A stretch of DNA of 64,000 nucleotides from a virus, in the IMG/VR virus record IMGVR_UViG_3300018080_000139, positions 1 to 64,000 of that record. One strand, 5' to 3'. Under the pieces are notes generated by a model. That model ran no database searches, was not told the DNA's origin, and saw only the letters and a program-made list of their open reading frames with translations. The position numbers and the translations under genes were made by a program. Positions 49,535 through 59,922 of this stretch are shown one piece after another. Numbering within the stretch: position 1 is the stretch's first letter; every line of letters begins with the position of its first letter.

Positions 49535-50400
49535 GCATAAACAACCCACCCCCAGGAATCGAGTTTCTGTCCTCGTTCACAGAGGCAAATCCGGTAGACC
49601 AGCTCCGGCTTTATGACGACCAGATTAAGCGCTGGGTGCTTACTTTCAGCCATCCAGACATCAAGACGCGATCGACAAGCGAGTGCGCGCCCAACGGACA
49701 GCCCGGGCCGATGTTTACTCAGATCGCGACGCCTGACCGGCCTTTCGCCGAGATGCGAAACCTGTACAACAAGCAGCTTCCGGAGAGGGAGCGCCGGCGC
49801 GACCCGATTATCCGCCCGGACTTTCCGGCTTGTTCGATAACTCGCATGGGGCCGCAAAAAGACATGGGGCGCCGGCGTCACCGCGGGGTTTTTCGGCGTG
49901 CCGGGTGGGTTAGCGACCAGCAAAAAGAGGTATATCAGATTCCTTACCCGGACCCCTGGAATATACCCTATCAGGTCGACGTCACTGCGATAAACCGGCG
50001 CACGCTTAACCTCGTGCAGACATGGATGATGTTACAATTTGACGACGATCGCTTTTACGTCACTGTGGATTTTCGTCAGGTCCACGCCGAGGCCTACAAG
50101 TATCCTTATGTATTTCCGGTTCGCTTTGACTCTCTTGACGACACGAGCGATCTCGAGGTGGGGGATGGCGAGAGATTTTTTAGGCTGACCTTGACCGTGA
50201 CGGTTGAGGCCATGCTCATGCGCCCGGTACGCAAAGTGCCGGTCGTGCATACCTACAACTACGATTTTTACGAGTACGAGGAGGCGAGGATTTCGCAGGC
50301 CGCGGAGAGGATGCCTGAATTCACGTTGGCGCCCCCTGTAGTTGCGGCGGAGCCTCCCGACGCGGTTATCCTGGAAATCCAAACTGGAGGGATTCCCTAA
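49531..50400 (+). CDS. tail terminator / sheath stabiliser (gp15-like)
   Basis: P.P.NIPYQVDV motif; immediately before the sheath gene. Confidence 0.65.
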   Translation: MSINNPPPGIEFLSSFTEANPVDQLRLYDDQIKRWVLTFSHPDIKTRSTSECAPNGQPGPMFTQIATPDRPFAEMRNLYNKQLPERERRRDPIIRPDFPACSITRMGPQKDMGRRRHRGVFRRAGWVSDQQKEVYQIPYPDPWNIPYQVDVTAINRRTLNLVQTWMMLQFDDDRFYVTVDFRQVHAEAYKYPYVFPVRFDSLDDTSDLEVGDGERFFRLTLTVTVEAMLMRPVRKVPVVHTYNYDFYEYEEARISQAAERMPEFTLAPPVVAAEPPDAVILEIQTGGIP

Positions 50401-50591
50401 TGCCACACACGATCAAAAACAAGCTCCGGCAAATGCAGCCGGTGCTGGTAAAAGACACCGCCACCGGGAGATCGAAGGTCTTAAACCTCCTCCCGCGCGC
50501 GACGGTGGAGGTGGACAGCGCCGCCGTGACAGCGGACGTTGAGAAGAGGCATACGGCCGGCCTGGTCGTATTGACAGAGATCGGAGGTTAA
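50400..50591 (+). CDS. small hypothetical protein
   Basis: GGAGG RBS, between terminator and sheath genes. Confidence 0.65.
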   Translation: MPHTIKNKLRQMQPVLVKDTATGRSKVLNLLPRATVEVDSAAVTADVEKRHTAGLVVLTEIGG

Positions 50592-50595
50592 GAAC

Positions 50596-52464
50596 ATGGC
50601 CGAATACATTTCCCCGGGGGTCTACTCGCGCGAGATAGATCTCTCTCAGTACGCGCCGGCGCTCGCCACCGCAATTTTCGCTGTAGTCGGAACGGCCCAG
50701 AAAGGCCCAGTGAACGACCCTACTCCGGTTACAAGCGCTCTGGAATTGCAAAACAAGTTCGGCGTGGGGGCGCTCACGCATTACGCCGTGTACGCGATGG
50801 AGCAGTACTTGCGAAATGGCCGTCAAGGGCTCTTTGTGCGCGTGACCGACGGGACGGAGTCGGCAGCCTCGAAAGCCGTCGCTGGGGCGGCGCAAATCGC
50901 GTTCTTCAAGGGGTTCAAAAACCTGTCCGGCGGAATCGACTTGAGCGTGCGCTATCGGATTCGCGTCACCATCGACGGGAGCAGTCACGACATCAACCTG
51001 CGCGACAGCTACACCGGGGACCTCACCGACGTCCCGATCGAGCAGATAATCACGGCGATAAACAATACGGTTGCTGGCGCCGCGGCGAAAGACAATCTCA
51101 ATGCCTACCCAATAATCCGAGGTACGGTGGCGGGGGAGGCGTCGGGAGAGGTGACAATAGAGGCCTACGCCGACCCCCTGACCGACGCCGGCCAGCATGT
51201 TTTCGGCGTGCCGTCCATCCCCTACACCGTCACTGGGATTGACGCCGAAGCGGCGGCTCTCACCGTGTACGCGGAGAGTCCGGGGACTTTCGCCAACGGC
51301 TTGCAAATCCGGATAGAGAACGGGACTACGACGGGGACCTTCAAGCTTTCGGTCTGGGACGTCCAAAGCAATCTGCTCGAGACCTACGACAACCTGACCA
51401 AAGCGAACGTGGAAAAGACGATAAACGGTGTCAGTGCTTACATCGTGGTGGACGACGAAGGGAACGACAGCCTTCCGGACCCGGCGACTTACTTGGCGAC
51501 CCCCCCGACTCCCGTCTCCTACTCTCTCGCCGGAGGGGCCGACGGAATTTCTACCATTTCAGACGCCGACTACATCGGGACCGTCACGGGCGGCGTGAAG
51601 ACCGGGCTGAAAACGCTGAACAATCCGGAAATCATCGACGTCAACATCGTTGCCACTCCTGGGGTTTCCAGCGGCCCGGTCGTCCTGGAGCTGCTCGAGC
51701 TTTGCCGCTCCCGCGGCGATTGTCTCGCGATCGTCGACCCCCCGATGGGGCTCGACTACGACGACGTGATAGATTGGCACAACGGGAACGGGGCCTACGA
51801 CGGCTTGCATCCCACGTTCAACTCGTCCTACGGGGCCACCTATTGGCCGTGGGTCGAGCAGTACGACCCGAACGCCGAAGAGCGGGTTTTCACGCCACCG
51901 TCCGGCTGGGTGGCCGCTCAGATGGCCTTCACCGACTACCTGAACGATCCCTGGTATGCTCCGGCCGGCCTCACGCGGGGGCGGCTTAACACTGCCCTTC
52001 GGCTCGAAAAGCCTTCTCCCGATCTGGGACAGAGAGACTTTTTGTATGGCAATGGAAACGCCGTCAACCCCATCGTCGACTTCCCGCGTGATGGGATCTT
52101 GATTTACGGCCAGCGCACCCTGCAGCGGACGGCGAGCGCGCTCGATCGAGTAAACGTCCGAAGGATGTTGCTCTTCGCGCGAAAGCTCATCGCTACCGTA
52201 TCGCAGATACTCGTTTTCGAGCCGAATGACTCCACTTTGTGGCGTCGCGCGACGAATCTTATCAATCCGATTTTGAACAGAATCAAAGCCGGCCGTGGAA
52301 TAGAAGAGTTTCAGGTGAGGATCGACTCCAGCACCAATCCGCCCGATGTCCGGAACAGAAACGAGATGCACGGGAAACTCTTTATCATCCCGACAAAGGC
52401 CGCGGAAAAAATCGTACTCGATTTTGTGATTTTGCCCTCGGGGGCCGAATTCTCCGAAGGTTAA
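50596..52464 (+). CDS. tail sheath protein (gp18-like)
   Basis: YISPGVYSREIDLS, KGPVN.P, PWYAPAGLTRG, GQRTLQ..SALDRVNVRR, FEPND. Confidence 0.97.
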   Translation: MAEYISPGVYSREIDLSQYAPALATAIFAVVGTAQKGPVNDPTPVTSALELQNKFGVGALTHYAVYAMEQYLRNGRQGLFVRVTDGTESAASKAVAGAAQIAFFKGFKNLSGGIDLSVRYRIRVTIDGSSHDINLRDSYTGDLTDVPIEQIITAINNTVAGAAAKDNLNAYPIIRGTVAGEASGEVTIEAYADPLTDAGQHVFGVPSIPYTVTGIDAEAAALTVYAESPGTFANGLQIRIENGTTTGTFKLSVWDVQSNLLETYDNLTKANVEKTINGVSAYIVVDDEGNDSLPDPATYLATPPTPVSYSLAGGADGISTISDADYIGTVTGGVKTGLKTLNNPEIIDVNIVATPGVSSGPVVLELLELCRSRGDCLAIVDPPMGLDYDDVIDWHNGNGAYDGLHPTFNSSYGATYWPWVEQYDPNAEERVFTPPSGWVAAQMAFTDYLNDPWYAPAGLTRGRLNTALRLEKPSPDLGQRDFLYGNGNAVNPIVDFPRDGILIYGQRTLQRTASALDRVNVRRMLLFARKLIATVSQILVFEPNDSTLWRRATNLINPILNRIKAGRGIEEFQVRIDSSTNPPDVRNRNEMHGKLFIIPTKAAEKIVLDFVILPSGAEFSEG

Positions 52465-52475
52465 GGAGGTAAATT

Positions 52476-53057
52476 ATGCCTATAACTCCAATGACGAGCA
52501 ATCATCTCGCCTCTCAGCTCGGAACCTTCGAGCCTCAGCGGCGAAACCACTATCAAATCCGATTTTTCTTGGGCAACTTCCTGGATGAGGAAATGCTCAC
52601 ACTCGGAATCGTCGGAGGCTTCATGCCGTCCGAGGGCAATGAGGAAATTCAGATCCCGCACAAGAACGAAGACGTTTGGGTGGCCGGACGGCGAACGCTC
52701 GAAAGCGGAACGATCCGCGTTCGCGATTACGTCGACCGCGAAACGCTGGCGGCCATCCTCCGTTGGCGCCAGCAAGTCTACAATCCTTTGACGGGCGGCG
52801 TGGGCTTCGCAAGCCTCTACAAAAAATCCGGGGAAATTCTGCTCACGGCTCCGGATGGAATCAGCAACGAACGCATTTGGCAACTTATCGGGTGCTGGCC
52901 GACGCAGGCGAACCCCGGGGAGCTGGCCGACGACCAGAACGATGTCGTCGTTGCCGACGTCACGATCCGATTCGACAAAGCCATTCCGCTTTTTGCAATC
53001 TCGGCGGAATCGAGTTTGGCCGCTTCGATTCCTTCGGTAGCCGGCGGCCTGGTCTAA
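52476..53057 (+). CDS. tail tube protein (gp19-like)
   Basis: FEPQRRN, YKKSGEI, WQLIGCWP, TIRFD. Confidence 0.9.
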   Translation: MPITPMTSNHLASQLGTFEPQRRNHYQIRFFLGNFLDEEMLTLGIVGGFMPSEGNEEIQIPHKNEDVWVAGRRTLESGTIRVRDYVDRETLAAILRWRQQVYNPLTGGVGFASLYKKSGEILLTAPDGISNERIWQLIGCWPTQANPGELADDQNDVVVADVTIRFDKAIPLFAISAESSLAASIPSVAGGLV

Positions 53058-53082
53058 AAAGTAAACAGAAAGGAAGTCTGCC

Positions 53083-53874
53083 TTGGAAAATATACCTGAA
53101 AGTACTATCTTTGAGGACGTTGTCCTACCGTCTCGTGGTTATCTCTACAAGACGGACGCCGGGGAGCTGATAATTCCCGATGGCAAGATACGGATACATG
53201 CCATGACCGGCAAGGCGGAGAAAATCCTGTACGGAAGCGCCGGCGAAGGGAAAATAGACGCCTTGATTCGACTCTGCACGACCCTTCCCGGCGCTCTCTC
53301 CCCAGCCGAATTGACGATGGGGGATCGAAATTACATCCTGGTAAAACTCCGAATACTCTCCTTGGGGGAGGCCTACCCGGTGCGCTGTCGTTGCGAATCT
53401 TGCCGAGAGCAATTCGCCTATCAGGTGGACCTGTCAAGGCTTGACGTGAACAGTTTCGGGGACGAAGCGGAGGCCGAACCGTTCAAAGTTACGTTACCTC
53501 TGAAAGGCTGCGAGGTGGGGTTTCGGCTTCTCCGCGGTCGGGATGAAGAGGTTGTCCGAAAGTTTCGCCGGCGGTGCCAGCTCGAGGGAAAGCAAGAAGG
53601 CGGAGGGGACGCTTACATCTTCTCACTTTCCCGCCGGATTGTGTCAGTAAACGGACACGCTTCCGAGGGGGCAGCATCCTTCGACTTCGTGGAAAACCTA
53701 GTGTCACGAGACTTGACAGCTTTTCGTCACGCATACGACGAAAAGAATGTCGGGGTGAACATGGAGCTGAAAGTGGTGTGCCCTTCGTGCTTGTACGAGT
53801 CCGAAGAGACACTTCCTTTCAGCGATGAGTTTTTTCGCCCAAAGCGTCGACATGTACCGGAGCGTGCTTTTTGA
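53083..53874 (+). CDS. baseplate hub assembly / tail assembly chaperone (gp26-like)
   Basis: LPSRGYLY, LTMGDRNYILVKLRILSLG, CESC, CPSC, EFFRP. Confidence 0.8.
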   Translation: MENIPESTIFEDVVLPSRGYLYKTDAGELIIPDGKIRIHAMTGKAEKILYGSAGEGKIDALIRLCTTLPGALSPAELTMGDRNYILVKLRILSLGEAYPVRCRCESCREQFAYQVDLSRLDVNSFGDEAEAEPFKVTLPLKGCEVGFRLLRGRDEEVVRKFRRRCQLEGKQEGGGDAYIFSLSRRIVSVNGHASEGAASFDFVENLVSRDLTAFRHAYDEKNVGVNMELKVVCPSCLYESEETLPFSDEFFRPKRRHVPERAF

Positions 53875-54031
53875 GCAGTTCAACCTGATCCACCATTCAG
53901 GTTTTGATTATGGATCTCTGGAGAACATGCCGACGCCCGAGCGCCGGTTTTTCCACAAAACGCTGGTCGACCTGCTCGAAAAACAGAAAAACGAAATTGA
54001 GCGGGCGGCCGCAAAAAGGAGCAAAGGGTAA
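53825..54031 (+). CDS. gp51-like chaperone or frameshift extension
   Basis: F.Y..LENMPTPERRFF motif; precedes the tape measure gene. Confidence 0.7.
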   Translation: MSFFAQSVDMYRSVLFEQFNLIHHSGFDYGSLENMPTPERRFFHKTLVDLLEKQKNEIERAAAKRSKG

Positions 54032-54035
54032 ATAG

Positions 54036-56171
54036 ATGCCTCGCGAGCATGATCTTGGATTTATGCTTTCCCTCAAAGACAACATGTCAAAATCCATAAA
54101 GGGGATCGAGGGAGCTATTGACGACCTGACGGAGTCCATCGAAAAGGCTGAAAGGCAGACGGAGAAGGACTTCGATGGTGTCGGCGGGGCAATCGAGAAG
54201 ATGGGACGCAAACTCGAGGAGGGACATAAAGAGGCAAAGACATTTCGTGAGCGCTTATCGGGAGCGCGTAACAGTGTGCTTTCTGGCTTGAAGGACACTC
54301 GCGGCGGCATGTCAGACCTTGCCAATATGACCGACGACCTTATAACCTCGATGCGTTCGATTTTTTCGATCGAGGGTGCCGTGGGGATGGCTAACCGTTT
54401 TGTCGCGGCCGCCTCGACAGTCGAGGAAAGCCTTGTCGCGATGCACCGCCGAATCGACCTGATTGGGGAAACCAGGTCCGATGTGAGTGGTCTTACGGCA
54501 ACCTTCGCGGACATGCGAGAAGAAGTCCTGGACGTGCAGAGGGAGCTTCGAATCGGGTTTGAGCGCACCGACGCGCTCGTGCGAACGCTCTCGATCGACC
54601 AGATGCGCCTGGCGCGCGGGCCCATGCGCGAGTACATCGCATCCGTTTCAGCTTTGTCCTTTGCGACCGAGCTTTCGGAGGGGGAAGCGGCAAATGCCTT
54701 ACAAACATATCAAGTCTGGTACGGGGCCGAGGATGGCTTCCGCCAACTGTCCAACCAAATTCGGTTTCTCGCCGCGACAACGCGCATGTCCGCAAGCGAG
54801 GCCGTCGACGCGGCCCGCTCGTTTCAGGACGTGGCTCTTGCAATGGAAATGCGTGGGCGTGGGGGAACAGGGCTTGCAGCGCAAATAAACACGATAACGG
54901 CGATGGTCCGGGAGACACGAGGGGACGTGTCCGAATACGCCGGGCTCATGACAAGACTCACGAGTCCGGACATGGCGACCATGCGCCAGGCCCGGGCGCA
55001 ACTGCGGGCCTTCTTCCAGCAAGCGGGGATGACCGTAAATCTTGACGACCTGATAGACCGTCAGGGGGATCTCGTTGAAGTCTTTCTGCAGATGCAGGAG
55101 GCCACGCGCGCGCTCAGCCAAGACAGGTTCATGCTGCTCAACAAGTCCATGGAAGACCTGACAGGGGTCTCGGGCCGAAACCTCTTGCTGATGCGCCAAT
55201 ACGAAGGATCCCTCCGGGGGATTTCGGAGGAGTCTGCTGAGGCTGCAACCAGGACGGACGATCTCGACGCCGCGGCGGAGAGGTCGCGGCAAACTCTCCG
55301 CGAGCAGGCGGACCAGATGCGCGCGGCCTTCGCGCCAATGATGGCCGAGCTGGGAGAAAACATCCGGGAAGTCGTCGTCTACATGGGGGACCATCTAATC
55401 CCTGTAATTTCTGAGATAGCTGATAATTTCTCTTCTGTCGATCGCTTTGTCGAGTCCATCGGCGCCGGTATCGACGCTTGGGCTGAAAAATATCCCGCGT
55501 TCGGGACGCACCTTGAGGGTCTAAAAGAAGTGTTGTCTTGGGCATGGGAGACAATACAGCAAATAGGGAGCTACCTTTCGGGGATTGGAGAGGACTTTGG
55601 GCATTACATAGAAGGTATAGAATCCGACATCGAGAGGATTCAGCACATTTTAGATGCATTGGTTGAGACCTGGCACAGGATAAAGGCCTTTCTCGGCGCG
55701 GAAGACACCCAGCTTCGCGCGGATCTGCCTGAAAGCTTTCGCGAAGAAATACGTGGGATGACAACGGGAGAACTCCCGATGGGGGTGGGCCCTCACGAGT
55801 TCGAGCCTATGGCCGGCGGCGGAATAATCCGGCGCCCCCTCCTTCTTGGGGAGGGAGGAGAAGAAGCTGTAATCCCTTTTGACGACCTGGGAGCGCTTTT
55901 CGCGGATACGCTTGACACCATGAGCCGAAGCCGGGTCACGCGCGCGGCGGCCGAACACGTTCGCGCCGTGACGGCTCCCGCGGTCGTGCAGATGGGTGGA
56001 AGGTCGGCCGTTCCGTCGACGGGAACTCCGGCCGTCCGCCTCGATGCGCGCAAAGTCGTAAACGTGCTTCGTGAGCTTCTGGCTGAGGTAAAGCGGGGGG
56101 GCGGCCAGATGCGCGCCGGCAAAATTGAGATGTCCGACGAGGAAAAGCTCCTCTATCAGTGGGGGATATAA
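54036..56171 (+). CDS. tape measure protein
   Basis: helical, Ala/Glu/Arg-rich; C-terminal MAGGGII...LLGEGGEEAVIP; position. Confidence 0.85.
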   Translation: MPREHDLGFMLSLKDNMSKSIKGIEGAIDDLTESIEKAERQTEKDFDGVGGAIEKMGRKLEEGHKEAKTFRERLSGARNSVLSGLKDTRGGMSDLANMTDDLITSMRSIFSIEGAVGMANRFVAAASTVEESLVAMHRRIDLIGETRSDVSGLTATFADMREEVLDVQRELRIGFERTDALVRTLSIDQMRLARGPMREYIASVSALSFATELSEGEAANALQTYQVWYGAEDGFRQLSNQIRFLAATTRMSASEAVDAARSFQDVALAMEMRGRGGTGLAAQINTITAMVRETRGDVSEYAGLMTRLTSPDMATMRQARAQLRAFFQQAGMTVNLDDLIDRQGDLVEVFLQMQEATRALSQDRFMLLNKSMEDLTGVSGRNLLLMRQYEGSLRGISEESAEAATRTDDLDAAAERSRQTLREQADQMRAAFAPMMAELGENIREVVVYMGDHLIPVISEIADNFSSVDRFVESIGAGIDAWAEKYPAFGTHLEGLKEVLSWAWETIQQIGSYLSGIGEDFGHYIEGIESDIERIQHILDALVETWHRIKAFLGAEDTQLRADLPESFREEIRGMTTGELPMGVGPHEFEPMAGGGIIRRPLLLGEGGEEAVIPFDDLGALFADTLDTMSRSRVTRAAAEHVRAVTAPAVVQMGGRSAVPSTGTPAVRLDARKVVNVLRELLAEVKRGGGQMRAGKIEMSDEEKLLYQWGI

Positions 56172-56887
56172 TGGCCGTACAAAACGCAGACGCCAGCCAA
56201 CCAGAAATAGCGGACGCCTTTATCAAGATCGTTGTTCCCCCCAATCCACGCGATTTCGGAGTACAGCGAGACCAGCTTAATTTCACTTCGACCCCGATAA
56301 TTTCTGGGGTGGCCTCGAACGCACAGTACATGAGCCAAGACGTATTCGGGGGGTCCGAGCCGATAAAGCTCTGGCAACATACGGGGATGAAAACTTTTGC
56401 GCTGGCGACTAAGTTTTTCGTGCAGAACAACCCACAAAGAGACGTGATAGATCGCGTGCGCTGGTGCGAGGCGCTGCAGTACCCTATTTCTGTCGAGGGG
56501 GGGTCGAACGCTTTTCACCCCCCGATCGTGCTTGTCCGGATAGGCTCGTGGTTTCGGGCCCGCTGCGTGGTTACTCAGGTTTCTTACGACCCGAATTTAA
56601 TGGCTACTGTGGGGGATTTCCCTGGGAACACGCGATTTGATCGCCGGAACTTTTTCGATCTCCTCTCGGACGTCGTTTCCGGAGTCCAAAACCCGGAGGC
56701 GGCGCCGGCGCCCCTGGCGACATATCCGGTTTCGGTCGATGTGTCTTTGATGTTCGAGGTGACAACGCAGATCCTGAACCGCGCACAAGCGGACGCGAAC
56801 GAGCAGGGGACTATGCAGCCGTCGCGTTACACTTTTCAAACGGTGGCCTCTGGCCTGCAGGGCTTCAACCCGGAGGATATACGATGA
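56171..56887 (+). CDS. baseplate tube-initiator (gp48/gp54-like)
   Basis: GGSEPI..W..T, PPIVLVRIG...RCVVTQVS, YPVSVDVSLMF. Confidence 0.65.
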   Translation: MAVQNADASQPEIADAFIKIVVPPNPRDFGVQRDQLNFTSTPIISGVASNAQYMSQDVFGGSEPIKLWQHTGMKTFALATKFFVQNNPQRDVIDRVRWCEALQYPISVEGGSNAFHPPIVLVRIGSWFRARCVVTQVSYDPNLMATVGDFPGNTRFDRRNFFDLLSDVVSGVQNPEAAPAPLATYPVSVDVSLMFEVTTQILNRAQADANEQGTMQPSRYTFQTVASGLQGFNPEDIR

Positions 56888-57234
56888 GCCGGCGCCTACT
56901 TCTAAGCGCAAACAGCAGGTATCAACTCACTCCGTATTTCTCGCGCCGAATCTCTGAGAAAACCCCATCGACAGGAAGCGTCCAGTTTTTTGGAACCTTT
57001 GTAGCACCGGAAATATCTCCAGGAAACGACGACGCACTATACACCATGCGCGAAAGCGACAACGGCCGCCTCGATCTCGTAGCGTACAGGTATTATGGGA
57101 CTTCGGAGCTGTGGTGGGTTATCGCGCTCGTGAACGGGATTGCTGATCCCCTGCAAGGGGTGGACGCCGGGACAGTCCTCACCATCCCCCGGCTTAAGAA
57201 AGTGTTTTCCGCGCTCACGGAAGGGGAGTTCTGA
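56884..57234 (+). CDS. baseplate wedge LysM-like protein (gp53/gpX-like)
   Basis: RLDLVAYRYYGTSELWWVIALVNGIADP...GTVLTIP. Confidence 0.85.
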   Translation: MSRRLLLSANSRYQLTPYFSRRISEKTPSTGSVQFFGTFVAPEISPGNDDALYTMRESDNGRLDLVAYRYYGTSELWWVIALVNGIADPLQGVDAGTVLTIPRLKKVFSALTEGEF

Positions 57235-58442
57235 TGCCAAGGAGCTTGACGTCGCCGCCGGTCCTCGAGTATCGAATAGGAGACCAGGACGTGATTTCCC
57301 CGGCCAGCGTCGTTGAGAGTTTCGAATTCTCCTCTGTGATCTCGCCACCAGGGGCCGACGTCCACCAGGTGACGATAGCAAACCCGCAATTCCAGGGGTT
57401 CAACGCACAGCGGATACAAGAGCGCCAGGAGATCTCCTTTCGTTTTGGCTGGGCCGGCGAAATCGACCGGGCCCCTATTCGGCGCGCGCTATTGGTCGAC
57501 TACGACGTGGTTTTCGAAGGCAGAAGCTCACGACTTACAATCACGGGGGCGGACAAAAGCGTTGAGATCAATAGGGGGACAAGAAACCAGGCCTACGTGG
57601 AAAAGCCTATATCCTCGATAGTGCAAGAAATTGCTGGACGAAACGGGGTCTCGGCCGACATAGAAGAAACGAGGGGGGCTTACACCCTACGGCAGGTTTG
57701 GATTTCGGACATCCAGTTCATAACTCGTGTCCTTCTCCCTAAAGCAATTTCGGCAAAAACCGGCCGGGGGGACTATGATTTGTATTTCGATGGCAAGGGG
57801 GTTCTGCACTTCCACCCCCCAAAGCTTGGAAATCAGGTCTACAAAAAGTACACCCTGAGCGACGGCGGGGGTCCGATCTCGAAATTTCGCGTGTTTTTCC
57901 GCGGTGAATACTCGAATGCGGCTGGGGGACTGTCAACGACGGCTTTCGGCTACGACCCCTTCGAGAAGCGGACATTGCAGTTCACGGCGCGGGACACGAC
58001 GACGCGGGAGAAGGACCCCCAAGGAACAAAGTCGTTCCTTTTCAGCCTCCCGCGCGCGGCGACAGATGGGAGGTTTTTGCACAACGGCTATCCGATCACT
58101 CAAAGCGGCGTCGAGAACGAGGCGAAAGCCCAATTTTACGCGGCGCACCGGAAACGGTATGGGGCTGTGGCGGTCATGACTGGGGACCCCTTTATCGAGC
58201 CCGGGAAGCAAGTCTCTATCCAGATCCCCACGGACGCTGGAGGGAGGTTCCACCTGCTCTCCGGCCGCTATCTCGTCGAAGGTGTGCGCCATCTGATCGA
58301 CGCCGACAAATTCGTCTCGGTCTTGTCGCTCACGAAATCGGCTGCAGCCGACGGGGAGGAGACGGTTTCGGGCGTGCGTCCGGGAGTGATCCAAGAAGAG
58401 GTGACGAGCGCAACCGTGAGAGAGGCGGTGGAGTTGCCATGA
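57234..58442 (+). CDS. baseplate hub (gp27/gpD-like)
   Basis: ISSIVQEIAGRNG, Q..ISDIQFI, GDPFIEPG, LSGRYLVEGVRH. Confidence 0.85.
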   Translation: MPRSLTSPPVLEYRIGDQDVISPASVVESFEFSSVISPPGADVHQVTIANPQFQGFNAQRIQERQEISFRFGWAGEIDRAPIRRALLVDYDVVFEGRSSRLTITGADKSVEINRGTRNQAYVEKPISSIVQEIAGRNGVSADIEETRGAYTLRQVWISDIQFITRVLLPKAISAKTGRGDYDLYFDGKGVLHFHPPKLGNQVYKKYTLSDGGGPISKFRVFFRGEYSNAAGGLSTTAFGYDPFEKRTLQFTARDTTTREKDPQGTKSFLFSLPRAATDGRFLHNGYPITQSGVENEAKAQFYAAHRKRYGAVAVMTGDPFIEPGKQVSIQIPTDAGGRFHLLSGRYLVEGVRHLIDADKFVSVLSLTKSAAADGEETVSGVRPGVIQEEVTSATVREAVELP

Positions 58443-59503
58443 TAGGTGGAAACACGAAGCCGGCCCGGTTCCAACGGGATCAGCAAGTATTCCCCGGGCT
58501 TTACCGGGCTTCGGTTGTCGACAACAACGACCCGGACCAACTTTGTCGGCTGAAAGTGAAAGTTTTCGACCTCTACCGGGACATCCCACCGGAAGGACTT
58601 CCGTGGGCATGGCCTTGCTACCCCGACGGCGGAGGAAACGACTACGGGCACGTTTTCATCCCGGAAATCGGGTCCACAGTCTGGGTGATGTTCGAGCAGG
58701 GTAACGTCGACCGCCCGGTTTGGATGGGGACTTTTTACGGCTCCCCGGAGGGACAAAAAGAAACTCCGGCCGTTTTCCGGGGAGACCCCTCCGACCCGGC
58801 CGCTCAGGACTCGGAACCGCTGATCGACGAGCCATCATCCTGGGCGGCCGAATACCCGAAAAACCGAGGAATTCGCACGAAAAATGGAATCGTGATCGAG
58901 TACGACGACACGGACGGGGCCGAGAGGATTCACCTGTATCACCCCTCCGGATCGCACATGGAATTCCGGGCAAACGGTGATGTGGTTTTGCACGTCGTTG
59001 GAGACTATCACGTTGTAGTCGATGGCGATGTGGAGGAGTACTACAAACAGAATCACCACCAGGAAGTGGATGAGGACCAGTTAAAGGAAATCCACGGGAG
59101 TCGTGAGGAGACCATCGACGTCGACAAGACCCTCGAGGTTTTGGGGGAGAAGACCGAAGAGGTTGTGGGCCCCGTAACGCACCAGTATTTGAACACGTTG
59201 ACAGAGACTGTCGTCTTACAGGTTCTGCAGAACTTCCTCAACACCTACACGCGCACGGTCACGCTCCCGGGAACCGAAAACTACCAGGCTACCTACACGC
59301 GCGCGGTCACGCTCGACGCGATCGAGACGTATTTGGCGAACTACACGAAAACCGTGAACCTGCAAATACTCGTGCAGTCTCTCCTGGATAACATTCGAAT
59401 CACGAACGAGACCGCACCTGAGAAGAAAATTTTCATCACGGCGCACCCGGATTCGGGCCAGATTATCTTGTCGGCCGGCGGCGACACGTCGGTTATCGGA
59501 TAA
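58439..59503 (+). CDS. baseplate central spike (gp5/gpV, OB-fold plus beta-helix)
   Basis: YRASVVDNNDPDQLCRLKV, PEIGSTVWVMFEQGNVDRPVWMG, IEYDDTDGAERIHLYHPSG. Confidence 0.92.
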   Translation: MIGGNTKPARFQRDQQVFPGLYRASVVDNNDPDQLCRLKVKVFDLYRDIPPEGLPWAWPCYPDGGGNDYGHVFIPEIGSTVWVMFEQGNVDRPVWMGTFYGSPEGQKETPAVFRGDPSDPAAQDSEPLIDEPSSWAAEYPKNRGIRTKNGIVIEYDDTDGAERIHLYHPSGSHMEFRANGDVVLHVVGDYHVVVDGDVEEYYKQNHHQEVDEDQLKEIHGSREETIDVDKTLEVLGEKTEEVVGPVTHQYLNTLTETVVLQVLQNFLNTYTRTVTLPGTENYQATYTRAVTLDAIETYLANYTKTVNLQILVQSLLDNIRITNETAPEKKIFITAHPDSGQIILSAGGDTSVIG

Positions 59504-59512
59504 GGAGGCGAA

Positions 59513-59917
59513 ATGCCTACGATCCCCTCTATCCCTCAGCCGATAAAAAGGCGGACACGGGGGTATTTTTCCCCCCAGGACGGCCTGGCGACCATACGCG
59601 ATTCCATCGTGACAATTCTCGTTACGAGGATCGGGGAGCGCGTCCACCTCCCGGAGTTCGGGTCTCGTCTCCACGAGCTGGTTTTCGAGCAGCAAGACGA
59701 GGCTTTTCAGGTCCTCGCCCAGGAGTATGTTTTCGAGGCGCTCAGGACGTGGGAGCCACGAATTGATCTCATATCGGCCGTGGTGTCTTTTTCGAAACAC
59801 AGGGAGCATACGGCCGAGCTGGCAATACAATTTCGTGTTCGCCAGCCAATCCCGGCTGAATCGAGCTTGACATTGGCAATCAACCGAGACACTGGATTTA
59901 TTGAGTTAGGGAGGTAG
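59513..59917 (+). CDS. baseplate gp25/gpW-like protein
   Basis: ILVTRIGERVHLPEFGSRL, WEPRI. Confidence 0.92.
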   Translation: MPTIPSIPQPIKRRTRGYFSPQDGLATIRDSIVTILVTRIGERVHLPEFGSRLHELVFEQQDEAFQVLAQEYVFEALRTWEPRIDLISAVVSFSKHREHTAELAIQFRVRQPIPAESSLTLAINRDTGFIELGR

Positions 59918-59922
59918 GAAAT

